A stretch of DNA of 63,805 nt, filler included, from Chiloscyllium plagiosum (GCF_004010195.1; 3 parts of one record of this genome joined end to end with filler, not necessarily neighbours in it), one strand, 5' to 3'. Positions 26,161 through 38,032 are shown, counted from the whole stretch's first letter. A program made the numbers and translations. The notes: generated by a model from the letters alone, not told the origin.

Positions 26161-26704
26161 CTATTAACTTGGTGTTGTGTGCTTTTTAACACTTTCCATA
26201 TTCTTGACCTTACCACCTAGAAGGTGGTAATACACAGATCATTGCCTGCAAGTGCACAATACTCCACAATTGGTGTGGTCTAACCAAGCTCCTGTACAGT
26301 TAGATGGCTTCACTCCTCCCATATTCAATGACTCATGCAATAAAACTCAATGTTCCGTTAGCCTTCCTAAATACCTTGAATATTTGCTTCAGTGACTTAT
26401 TGACGAGCATCTAATTCCCTTTTTGTACATCTATTCTTCCCAAACCTCTGTCATTTGAGTAGCACTCTGGGCTTCCTCTAATTCCATAATTTCCTTTTAA
26501 AATGTAATTTGAAGACTTTTTGGAATGAATATGGGGGATGTCCCTAAAGTCCATTAATACAGTGGGTCACCAAGAAATAGAGAATGGAAAGAATAGAGAA
26601 GGTTTTTTTAAGCTAAGGAGTGTAAGAAATGGGAAGTTGCTACTACAGGGAGTGGCTGAAATGAACAGGATGGATATATTTTTTAAAGAGAAGCTGTACA
26701 AGTG

Positions 26705-28143
26705 GAAGACTGGAAGTTGGCAAACATGGTGCCACTATTTAAGAAGGGCGGAAAAGACAAGCTAGGGAACTATAGTGAGCCTGACCTCTGGTGGGCAAGT
26801 TGTTGGAGGGAATCCTGAGGGACAGGATGTACGTGTATTTGGAAAGGCGAGGGCTGATTCGGGATAGTCAACATGGCTTTGTGCATGGGAAATAATGTCT
26901 CAAACTTGATTGAGTTTTTTGAAGAAGTAATAAAGAGGATTGAGGGCAGAGAGGTAGATGTGATCTATATGGACTTCAGTAAGGCCTTCAACAAGGTTCC
27001 CCATGGGAGATTGATTAGCAAGGTTAGATCTCATAGAATACAGGGAGAACTAGCCATTTGGATACAGAACTAGCTCAAAGGTAGAAGACCGAGGGGGGTG
27101 GTGGAGGGTTGTTTTTCAGGCTGTAGGCCTGTGACCAGTGGAGTATAACAAGGATCAGTGCTGGGTCCTCTACCTTTTGTCATTTACATAAATGACTTGG
27201 ATGTGAGCATAAGAGGTACAGTTAGTAAGTTTGCAGATGACCCCAAAATTGGAGGTGTAGTGGACTGCGAAGAGGGTTACCTCAGATTATAACAGGATCT
27301 GGACCAGATGGGCCAATGGGCTATGAAGTGGCAGATGGAGTTTAATTCAGATAAATGTGAGGTGCTGCATTTTGGGAAAGCAAATCTTAGCAGGACTTGT
27401 ATGGTAAGGTCCTAGGGAGTGTTGCTAAACAAAGACCTTGGAGTGCAGGTTCATAGCTCCTTTGAAAGTGGAGTCGCAGGTAGATAGGATAGTGAAAAAG
27501 GCATTTGGCATGCTTTCATTTATTGGTCAGAGTATTGAGTACAGGTGTCGGAAGTCATGTTGCAGCTGTACAGGACATTGGTTAGGCCACTGTTGGAATA
27601 TTGTGTACAATTCTGGTCTCCTTCCTATCAGAAAGATGTTGTGAAACTTGAAAGGGTTCAGAAAAGATTTACAAGGGTGTTGCCAGGGTTGGAGGATCTG
27701 AGCTACAGGGAGAGGCTGAACAGGCTGGGGCTGTTTTCCCTGGAGTGTCGGAGGCTGAGGGGTGACCTTAGATGTTTACAAAATTGAGGGGCATGGATAG
27801 GGTAAATAGGCAAAGTCTTTTCCTTGGTGTTGGGGCGTCCAGAACTAGAGGGCATAGGTTTAGGGTGAGAGGGCAAAGATATAAAAGAGACCTAATTGGC
27901 AACCTTTTCACGCAGCGGGTGATATGTGTATGGAATGAGCTGCCAGAGGATATGGTGGAGGCTGGTACAATTGCAACATTTAAAAGGCATTTGAATGGGA
28001 ATATGAATAGGAAGGGTTTGGAGGGATATGGGCCAGGTGCTAGTAGGTGGGACTAGATTGGGTTGGGATATCTGGTCGGCGTGGATGGGTTGGACCGAAG
28101 GGTCTATTTCCATGTTATACATCTCTATGACTCTATGATTCTA
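26705..28143 (+). mobile_element. HER1-like CR1 LINE 3' ~1.4 kb
   Basis: [34 protein letters not shown]; tail ctctatgactctatgattcta. Confidence 0.9.
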
Positions 28144-28844
28144 AGTAGTTTACGGAGTTATGAGGGGATTTATTTAAGGGTAAAAATGGGAGAAAGCTCA
28201 AATGGAGTGTAAATGTACTTGTGGATTGAATGATGTATTTCTGTGTAGTGTATTATAGTTTTAATACAGAAGAATTTTGTATTAAAGCATCTATTAGCTA
28301 ACAAAGACAAAGATGCCAGGGCTGTCCAAAATACTCTAAAGTAAATTTTGAGGTGTCATGATGTGACAAGGATGGTCAGTGTCTGATACCAACCTGCTTG
28401 GGCAGGGTGTGTAAGCAGTCACTGTCCAGAGTGTGTACCAAAATAGCCATCTAAAGAGGAAAGCAGTGAGATGGGACTGTCAGCCACCAGCTCTGATTTT
28501 CATAGCAAGAATTATTGTTATTCAGTTTCTGACCAGTGCATGGGAGACTAGGTCGCTGCTCAATGAAGTGAGATTAAGTGCTAATTGCACATTGCTCACT
28601 CATGAGATTCTTACCTCATTATTCAAAACTTTTTAATGCAGAATCAGATATATTTTCTCAACTGACTCTTAGCCACATCCTCCAGGGCAGAGGAAAATGA
28701 AATCCTCCTTGTCAAGACTGTTCAGGATTTTTATTATTGCAATCGTGTCACCCATTATTCTCTGAAACTCCAGAGGAAACAAATGTTCTTGAATTGTTGA
28801 AATATCTTGATTTTAACTATCCCTTTTTACTATGGTGAAAATAA

Positions 28845-29050
28845 GAAATGTTGGAGATCACAGTGGGTCAGACAGCATCCATGGAGAGAGAGCAAGCTGA
28901 AGTTTTGAGTTTGGATGATGTCACTTCAGTTCTGAAGAGTCATCTAGACTCAACATTATCTTGCTGTCTGTCCACAGATGCTGTCTGACCCGCTGTGATC
29001 TCCATTTGTTGTTTACAGTATAGATTCCAGTATCTGCGGTAGTTTGTTCC
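28845..29050. repeat. PLE-derived palindrome (inverted terminal pair, degenerate hammerheads)
   Basis: ggagatcacagtgggtcagacagcatc...gcaag pairs with cttgc...gatgctgtctgacccgctgtgatctcc around the centre cttcagttctgaag. Confidence 0.7.
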
Positions 29051-29217
29051 TGCATCTTAATATTGTGTCATTTTTGTTTCTTCGCAATTTAACTTGATAA
29101 TTTCAGTGAACTATGTTGTAATCAATGCCCAAAGTTCCTCTAAATAATTGAGCATAATCCAATTTTAGTTATTGAGACAGAAAATTTAATTTTTTTTCCC
29201 CTCTTGTCTTCCAACAG

Positions 29218-29374
29218 TTACACCAAGAAAGAATCTGATCTTCGTGGTGCCCAACTTCACATCAAAGATCTAGAAACTGCACTTCATTCCAAGGAGGCTA
29301 GCCTTGCCACTGCACTGGGAGGAAAGAATGCCCTTGAAGAAGAAGTTGAGGATTTGCAAGCTCATCTTTCAAAG
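29218..29374 (+). CDS. LMNB1: Lamin B1 exon 2 (coil 1B): YTKKESDLRGAQLHIKDLETALHSKEASLATALGGKNALEEEVEDLQAHLSK
   Basis: ccaacAG acceptor, AAG|GTAG donor, 157 nt; homologous to LMNB1 YAKKESDLNGAQ...ALATALGDK. Confidence 0.93.
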
Positions 29375-31354
29375 GTAGCATTGTGACCGGTAACTGGAAA
29401 ATTCTTTTGGAATTCTGAAGGACTGCAATTTTAATTTTCATCAATTCATGTTTGGGGAATTGCCATTACCTTTCCTTCTCGAGCATTGCTTTTATTTCAT
29501 AAGTTACATGTATGTATTTATTCCTCTCCAGTGTGCAGTTCAGCAAGACCTCACTTAAAATTCATCATGCTGGTAATAATGATAAAACACACAACATTCA
29601 AAGTAATGACTGCATGTCCACTTCATGTGGCTTTCACTGTACTATTATTTGTCATTGTTTTCCTTACTTGTAGATTGCATCCCTCCACCCCTCAAAATTA
29701 CCTCCTCCTCTAAGATAGTATGAATGTTCTTTCTCCTCACAATCTGCATGTTATGATTGATGTTTCAATGCCTTTTTCATTTTGTTATTTTATTTTCTGG
29801 AATCTGCAGATTATCTTTTCATTGAAGTCTCAGATCTAACCTTCTCTCCTAGGTGCTTTTATGAATTTGTGCTTAAGTTTTATGGTTTTCATTGCTTTGG
29901 CCAAAATTTAAATGCACAATCCTTGCTGTCCACCTTCCTTCCAACTGATCCATTTCATCCTACCTCCGACTTATCACTATCATCCCCCCCAACCTGCATT
30001 TACCTAATGCCTTCCCAGCTGCCTTGCCCACACCCACCCTCATATATTTATCTCTCAGTCCCCTTCTGGCTGCCAGTACAATACTTTTTACATTATGTCA
30101 CTGCACTTGTACTTTGCTTATCATGTTATTTCTGTACACTGCATGGTCCACCACACCCAGATGCAGTACTTGCGTTAACAGTATAAGGTAGTTTCAGATT
30201 TTCTGTATGTAGATTGGTTAAAGCTCCGGTATCAAGTAGTTGCTTCTTAATTTGAATTTACTATTTTATTGGCAACCTTGAACTAGTTGCTTCCTCCTCT
30301 TGTCCTCACCGCTGGAATGATTTGATGCTATTGTGGAATATATGTTCAGTAAAAGCCCAGTGCCATTGTTGATTATTCCACAGGCTTAATTAGAAAATTA
30401 CTTCTGAATTTTAAGAATAATCTTCACAATTGATATGTCTGATCAATCATCTCTTAGTGTATAGTTACAGTATAAATGCTTAGGATTTCATCAGATGATT
30501 ATGGACTTGGTTTGTGCAAACTGATCAATAGGTAGAAACCTTTAGTATCCTTGTGAGCTGACGGATCTTTAACATGAAATTCTTCTATCTTAAAAATATC
30601 TACATAATATACTACACAAAAATCATTCAGGCCGCTACTGTGTTTGTTTCATTTGAGTCTTCTCCCATTTTTTTTCCTTCAATCCTATCATTGTAACTCC
30701 TTTTAAATGCTTGTGCATATTCTCCTTAAATGTATCCATCCTATTCACTTTAACCACTTCTTTGATAGCAAGTTTCCATTTTTTTATATTCCTTGGCTAA
30801 ACTTTTCTTCTGCATTCTTTGCATTCTCTAATGGATTTCTTGATGACTGACTTGCATTAATGGGACATTCTCCCGGTATCCATTCTAGCAAAGTCATAAA
30901 ATTAAATTTTAAAAGGGAAATTATGGAAGCCAAGAAAGCCCATTATAGAAACCTATTCCAAAGAAACAAGTCAATGTTACAACTGACCTTTCCATGTTTT
31001 TAACTAGTGCAGTCCAAAAGTAATCCAGTTTACCATGCTGTCTCGCATAGCCTTGTCATTTTCCAATTTTCCAATTTTAAAAAAATGTGGTAGCCTCAGA
31101 CTCCTAAAAGATCATCATGCCATACCATTTACAGATTTCTATATAAGGAGGTTTCTGCTGGCTCCTGTCAGTTTAAAGATGTTGTAAGTATGATCTTGCC
31201 CCAAAAAGCTGCCTGTAGTCAAGGCATCTACAAATGTTTAAAATAATTAATGGTTGTGCTTTTTTTTTTTTGGATAAATTAGCTGTGCAGTATATTTTTA
31301 TATTTTTGGTTTCTTGAATTCTTGAAAATGATGAAGTGACCTCCTTTCCTGAAG

Positions 31355-31480
31355 CTGGAAGTTTCCTTGGCTGCGGTGAAGAAGCAACTTGAGGAAGAGA
31401 CCCTCTTGAGAGTAGATCTTGAGAATCGATGTCAGAGCCTAACGGAGGAATTGGAGTTCAGAAAGAATGTATATGAGGAG
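31355..31480 (+). CDS. LMNB1: Lamin B1 exon 3: [42 protein letters not shown]
   Basis: gaAG acceptor, GAG|GTAAGA donor, 126 nt; [12 protein letters not shown] motif. Confidence 0.95.
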
Positions 31481-31698
31481 GTAAGAATTCATGCTGTTAA
31501 ATGTAATGCAATACTTATGAACCTATATTTACAGTCTGCAGTAAAGCTGCAATTGTCACTGATCTCCAATGGACCAAATGGTCTGTGCTGATTTATTATT
31601 TGAGGGATTCCCAGCACTCCAGCTGTAAGTTGATGGCATCAACCTATCTAGGCACCCAATCACTACATTTTTTTTCATGGACATTGGTGAAAGCTGTG

Positions 31699-32044
31699 TA
31701 GAATCGTAGAATCCCTACAGTGTAGAAACAGGCCATTCAGTCCAACACATCCTCACTAACTCTCCAAAGAGCATCTATTCCCTATCCCTGTAACCCTGCA
31801 TTTCCCATGGCTAATCCACATCACCTACAAATGCCAGGGCAATATGGGCAATTTGGCATGGTCAATCCAGCAAATGGGCACACCTTTGGATTGTGGGAGG
31901 AAACCGGAACACCTGAAGGAAATCCATGCAGTTACTGGGAGAATGTCTGTCTGTGTGGAATTTGCAGTCACCAAGGCTGGAATTGAACCTGGGTCCCTGC
32001 TGCTGTGAGGCAGCAGTGCTAACCACTGCACCACTGTGCTGCCC
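31699..32044 (-). mobile_element. HE1-like SINE
   Basis: Minus-strand tRNA head gggcagcacagtggtgcagtggttagcactgctgcctcacagc...GGTTCAATTCC, V-domain and CR1-like tail. Confidence 0.85.
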
Positions 32045-32384
32045 AAAATAGATTATTTTTTACAAGTTGTCTTGTTTTACAAAGTGAGGCAGATCAATGA
32101 AGTTACAGCTATGATTGTTCTCTTTATTTTAGAAAGATTAGCAAGCTGTTGTGGAGCCATGACCTAAATCCAGCATTGCTCAGAAAGCATGTGCCAGCAG
32201 ATCTCTGGTGTTAATAGAAAGACATTTATACTGCTGGGTTTGACAGAATGAACACCTCTGAGGCCAAAACTTTGTTTCAGTTCAGCAAGATTTTTTTTCT
32301 GTTCAGTTCAGAGAGCATGAGAAATTCCGAAGCAATTTTTACAATTTGTAGTTCAAGGAAGCCGTTAACTCCTCAGAATTGAGG

Positions 32385-32505
32385 GCTCTGAAGGGGGGGT
32401 CACTGGACTCAAAACATTAACTCTGTTCCTCAGTCCTGCTGAGTTTCGACAGCGATTTCTGTTTTTTGTTTCAGATTCCCAGCATCCTCCATTCTTTTTA
32501 TTTTG
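32385..32505 (+). mobile_element. PLE-end fragment, second subfamily, with degenerate hammerhead (related copies on - at about 9005-9113 and 10890-11030)
   Basis: ctgaaggggggtcactggactcaaaacattaactctg...cagattcccagcatc. Confidence 0.55.
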
Positions 32506-32989
32506 GTGTTTAACTCAACAGAAGTGTCTTGTTTGTGAAGCTTCGAGTTGGGGAGTTTGGATAGAATTCTGCCAGTTATCGTAACTGAGAAAGTTTAGGG
32601 TGTCTCTGGTTTGCGTGCATGAGAGTGGACTCTGAGAGGAATAATCAAATTGTCTCCACAATCTGGGAGAAAAACCAGAAGGAAGGAGTCCATTAAGTAG
32701 AAACACAGAATTGAGATAGGTGTGTAATTTCTCTTGACTTTATTTCTAACAGTGCTGAGAAGCAGGTAGAAATCTAGTAATGTCTGTGTTAAGATTTCCA
32801 AATAATATGTCTATTGTTTTCTTTGTATTAATAAACTGCCATTCCATTGTTAATGAATATATGTGCAATGTCATGTGGATATATTTTGGTGACTAACAAC
32901 CATATTAATTATCAAAAGAAATTAATAAATCTGACAATCTAGCCTTCATTCTAGTGGTTGATTGTCTGTCTGGTGGTGTCACCAGTACT

Positions 32990-33495
32990 GGACAGGCAGG
33001 AGGCTGGAAGAAAACAGCAAGCCAGGCAACATCAAGAGGTGGAAAATTCGACATTTTGGGTGTAACCCTTCTTCAGGACTGGGGGTTGGTGTTGGGGGGT
33101 GCTGCAGATAAAGGGGGTGGCAGGAGCAGGGTGGTGAAATGGGGATAGGTGAAGACAGGTAGAGAGTACAACCTGATTTTATACTGACCAATCAGGAATG
33201 AATCCAGTAGGTGGCTGGGGAGGAGTGGAAGGGACTGGAGGGATGAGAAAGGCAGGTTATTTGACACTGGAGAACTGAATATTGAGTCTTCCAGGCTGTA
33301 GACTGCCCAGGCAGAAGATGAGGTGGTGTTCCTCTGATTTACGGTTTGGTTCGTTGTGACCATGGAGGAGGCCAAGGATGGTCCTGTCAGAAAGGGAGTG
33401 GGAAAGGGAATTAAATGGGTGGTGACTGCGAGGTCTGTGCGGGCCCAGCTGAGATCTCAGCGAGCTGTTCCCTAAATTTGTTTGGTCTCCCCGAT
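32990..33495 (-). mobile_element. Penelope-like element 3' end (GIY-YIG remnant plus terminal repeat)
   Basis: Minus strand IGETKQ near 33480 and EEHHLIFCLGSLQPGRLNIQFS near 33270-33335; hammerhead-like CTGAAGA-AGGG-ttaca-CCC-AAAATGTCG at about 33049-33077. Confidence 0.7.
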
Positions 33496-33780
33496 TATAG
33501 ATGCTGTTGTGTGCTCTGCTTCATGGAGACTTACCTCATCTCTGCCATTCCCAACTCTGCCCTACAAGCTAACAGCTTCTCCATACATTGCATGGAATGC
33601 ATGGCATCCTCTGGCAAGGCAAAGAGTGGTAGGGTATGCTTCCCAGTCAACACCACCTGGTGCTCAGATGTAGCCACCCTGACAAGCCATTGCACCCTTG
33701 GACCTAGAATACCTCACAGTAAAATACTGTCCCTGCTGCTACATTTTAGAGTTCACCTCTGCCATCCTGACAGAAGTCTA

Positions 33781-34253
33781 CAGTGGATCCTCCATCCGAA
33801 CGAGGTGGGCAGGCACTATTTCGTTCAGTTAATCGTTTATTTGGATTATTCGGGGTGGCGGCTGGGGTTGGGGGTGTGGTTGTGGGTGGATGGGGGACCG
33901 GGTTGGATTGGATTGGGGGAGTTGGACTTGGGGGACGAGGGCAGACGGGAGCGGGGCTCGCGCACGGTGTGCTGCTGTGTGCACTCCTGAATGGGGAGTG
34001 GACTTAGTGCTCGCTGCATCAATCCTATTGAACTGGTGGTGGGGGGGAGGGGTTGGAGGAGGCGGCACGTGTCAGCAATGCTGCAGGGCCCTTGCACATG
34101 TGTCTCCTCAGAAACAAACCCTGCGACGGAGGAGAAAGGCAGAGTGAGGAACAAGGAAACTTCAGGAAACACCGAGCCCCAGAGAAGAGGTGTTGAATCA
34201 ATTAACTGAACGAAGTAGGGCCCACCCTTGTTCAGATAATCGAGATTCCTCTG
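33781..34253. mobile_element. Tc1/mariner-pogo superfamily MITE (473 bp) with ~55-bp imperfect TIRs and TA target duplication
   Basis: TA|cagtggatcctc..ccgaacgaggtgggc..cactatttcgttcagttaat versus attaactgaacgaagtagggcccacccttgttcagat..gagattcctctg|TA. Confidence 0.75.
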
Positions 34254-34699
34254 TAATTGAATTTAGCTTAAACAGGAAAGCCATAATGATCTAATACTGT
34301 GCTCTACAAGAGAATTTCATTATAATTTTTAATGAGTCTGCCATTTAAGCAAACTAATCTTTTGCAGTCTGCAATTTACAGGTTAAAATGAGAAGATCAT
34401 GCGAATGTGTAAAGGCATACTGGAGAGGAAGAGGCATTCAGAGGAGGATAAATGTGGTTAGGTACATGGGTGAAAGACGTGGGAAGGCTGGGAATCAGTG
34501 CAGGCGTACAATAGTTTGATGGCTTTTCCTCACTATCCCATGACTATACCTGGTAAAATCTAGAATACAGCATTTGTCCACACAAATGTTGACTTACGGA
34601 ACAGGTTAATTTTCTGTGATTTGTCCTCTTTCCATTTTAGTTTGCAAGCTTTCTCTGCTGAGTCACTGCTTAATTCTCTTAAGATTGTCTTGATCTGGT

Positions 34700-34915
34700 A
34701 TCCCTCTGTTGTCCAGATAGGTGGTGCAGTAGATGGCTATGTTCCCCATTCCACTGCTCTAAAGCCCACCCCTCAAACACAAAGATAGAGTCCCCCTTGT
34801 TCTCACATACAACCACACCAATTTCCGCATCCAACGTACCATTCTCCAACTCCAACTGGACCCCCACCACCAAGAACATCTTCCCCATCCCACCCTCTCT
34901 GCCTTCTGCAAGAAC
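34700..34915 (+). mobile_element. Penelope-like element internal fragment
   Basis: Translates KDRVPLVLTYNHTNFRIQRTI, typical of the PLE RT-endonuclease linker. Confidence 0.6.
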
Positions 34916-35684
34916 CGGTTTGCGACACTGAGCTTTTTCAGCAATTTCTGTAATTCATATATGATGGTCCTTGTGTATTCTTAGTGTAAGAATTGTATGA
35001 GCAATTGAAAATTAATTAGTTGGGCTTGTGGGGTGGCTCACTTACTTGTGTTTGAATCTACCCACTTTCACATGCAGGGGCTTGTCCTTTGCAAACAGTA
35101 TGTCCAACAATAGTACCCTTTTTCAACTAAACAAAAGTTAGAGAGGGACAGCATTCACTATTGGAATCCCTTGAAATGCATGTTTTTATTTCAGAATGAG
35201 CCTAATAAGATCTTAATAATCAGAATGGTGGTGCAGCTTGAAGTGCTAGATAACCCCCCTCTCCTGTTCCTAATTTGTTCACTGTCAGAATTCAGCCTCT
35301 GTAATTTATCTACAGGCAAAATCATCAGATCCAAAAATGGTAAGCTTATGAAACTGAAGCAATTTTAATCGATTCTTCTTAGAGTCATAGATGTGCAGCA
35401 TGGAAACAGACCCTTCGGTCCAACCCATCTATGCCGACCAGATATCCCTTGTAGATACTTCAGATTTCTTTGTAATTCCAATGTATGCTCAGTTTGCTCA
35501 GCTAGTCTTGATGCTGTAGCTTTCCATGCAAGTACTTTTCCCAAAGCAAGTCTGGTCTAGTGAATTCATATTCTGGACAACATCCTTTCAGATTCCATCT
35601 GCTATTTTCTTACTGAGATGTGAGCATTAGTATTTGTTTGATGTCACTACGCTGTATGAATTTGTCTCTTTTCTTTGACTCCAG

Positions 35685-35855
35685 GAAATCAAAGAAACCA
35701 GAAAGAGACATGAGACCCGCCTGGTGGAAGTGGATACAGGTCGTTTGGTTGAATATGAGCACAAGCTGGCCAAAGCTCTCCAGGAATTGAGAGAACAACA
35801 TGATCAGCAAGTGAAAATCTATAAAGAAGAACTAGAGAAAAATTTCCACGATAAG
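35685..35855 (+). CDS. LMNB1: Lamin B1 exon 4: [57 protein letters not shown]
   Basis: ctccAG acceptor, AAG|GTACC donor, 171 nt; HETRLVEVD linker motif. Translated by hand, as it is absent from the ORF track. Confidence 0.95.
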
Positions 35856-37145
35856 GTACCAACCTTATTTATCCAATTTCTGTGATGGAGTGTACAGGGA
35901 AGAGTGATCCACTGTATCAAAATAAAGGAAAAGTTACTGTGTAGGTTGGGATAATTTTGTGCTGTTTTTAAGTCATCAGATATTTCAATTCAGACAACTT
36001 CTTTTTTTTTTTAAGTGATGAAATAAATATAACCTTCTCTTCAGCCCTGGTCCATAGTTATTGTGCTGTATGCTGTTACAATCTTTATATGATGGCCTGC
36101 CCACATCTATCTGCAGAATACTCAGATGTGTGTGTAAACTCAGTCTTTATGTATCAAACAGCAAAATGATTTGCTCTTTTCTTAGTCTTTTTAACCTGCA
36201 TTTTCAATCTGTCATTATCTATAATACCTACATTCATTGGTTGCTCTTGAGATTTTATTATTTGCAGTAAATTTCCTTCAGTTTATTTTTTTCTGTTATA
36301 CTCCATCTATTTTAACTACATTTGCTACACTTCCAAAATTAGAGAATGGTCCTGATTTTGCCCTCAAAAACACATACATCCGAGCAAAAACCAATTTTGA
36401 CATTTTACTCCATAGCAACCAATAACTTTTGAGAACAGTTTTACTGAACATTGAGTGTTCACCTGTATGTGGTAACCAACATGTAGATGGTACTGGTTCT
36501 TAACAATTACATTCCAGCAAATGGTTACATCTATAATTTCAAATTCACTGAGATGTGAACAAAATCTTTTCTTCTGACACTGGAAATATTTGACTCTTTC
36601 TTTCAGTTTTTTTGTTTTTGGTCTTGCTCGAGTTTTTAGAAGATTTAGTTTTATTCTTCATGGAAAGTAGGCATTGTTGGCAAGACCAGCATTTGTTGCC
36701 ACTCCCTGTTTGTCATTTGACTAGGCTTGCTAAGCAATTACATAGGAAGTTAAATATCAACCACATCAGTCTGGAGCAATGCATCAGGCTGATATGACCT
36801 ATTTCCTTCCCTAAAAAGGCATTTGGATGAGTTTTTAACAACAATTAACAATGGTTATCATCGTTGTTATGAGACTAACATGTAAACTCCATTGATAAAT
36901 ATGGAGCATCTAGTGCCATCGTGGAATTCTAACCCATATCCCCTCAGAGCTTTATCTTCTGGATTATTAGTTCAATGACATTATCACTAAGCTGCCATTT
37001 TCCCTGAGAGTGACTTTTAAAAAAAAAATAAGAAATTACTTTGTGTTTAGTTTTGTAGCTAAGTGGTGTACAGATTCAGGTGTGACTATTGTAGTTACTG
37101 TGGTCTCACTTTAACAATGCATTATAACTGCAGTAATTAAAGACT

Positions 37146-37260
37146 TGGCTCTCGTGGTGCAGTGGTAGTGTTCCTACCTCTGAGCCAAAAGACCTGGTTT
37201 CAAGTTCCACCTGCTTCAAAGATGTGTAAATAACCACTGAACAGATTGAATTGGAAATGT
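37146..37260 (+). mobile_element. Short tRNA-derived SINE (similar copy at about 56057-56165)
   Basis: A-box-like TGGTGCAGTGG, B-box-like GGTTTCAAGTTCC; the tail gtgtaaataacc.ctgaaca is shared with the 56-kb copy. Confidence 0.55.
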
Positions 37261-37898
37261 TAAAGACTGCCTACTTCCATCTTGGTAGTGTCATTCATCA
37301 CAACCCCTGTTGCATTTAACTGCTCTAAAGTATATAGTCATCATGCCTTTCTTTACTTGCTAGACTCTTTCATTGCAGTGCTGTCCTGGTTGGCCTCCAA
37401 TTTGTATCCTCAGTAAAAGGGAGGTTATCCAGAACATTTTTCAACATACTCAAATCTGCACCAAATCCCATTCAGCTATTACCAATGCTACTGTGCCTAG
37501 TCTAGTGATACCTGCTAACATTCTCACTGTTGGTTTTTACATCCTTCCATGGAGTTGTATCTGGAAATCTCAGTCTTCTGCAATCTATTCAAATCCCTAC
37601 ATGGCTTCCAATTTTGACCGCTTTGTACCCACCATTAACAGTGTTAGCTTCAACTGCAGAGAGACTCTTCTCCTAACTCACTGTCCTTCATTTGGGTATT
37701 CCTCAGCCTCTGTAACCAAGTTTCTGACAGCTATCCTAATTTTGCTAGATTTCTAATTTTGCTTGATAACTTGCCTTTCATCATCTTGATGTTTTGGTCC
37801 ATCTTAAAATTGGGAGGACTTTTTAAATGAAATACACTACATTTATTAGTTTCCCCCTTATCTGTCCTAGTATTCACAAACCCTGATTGTCAATGACT

Positions 37899-38032
37899 AG
37901 ATTAGATTAGATTACTTAGTGTGGAAACAGGTCCTTTGGCCCAACAAGTCCATACCGACCCTCCAAAGAGCAACCCACCCAGACCCATTCCCCTACATTT
38001 ACCTCTTCACCTAACACTACGGGCAATTTAGT
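37899..38032 (-). mobile_element. HE1-like SINE 3' fragment
   Basis: (ATTAG)n tail plus gtggaaacaggtcctttggcccaacaagtcc; matches 58721-58840. Confidence 0.8.

Noticed and set aside
1..29217. Canonical LMNB1 exon 1 (SPTR..EKEEL..LNDRLA.YIDKVR) and expected neighbour genes
   Set aside because: Not seen in the ORF track or by eye; it is probably upstream of the window or in a gap.
33415..34209. Cluster of GC-rich overlapping ORFs as a possible gene or CpG-island exon 1
   Set aside because: It lies in intron 3 and is explained by PLE/LINE remnants and a TA-flanked MITE, with no lamin head or coil 1A similarity.
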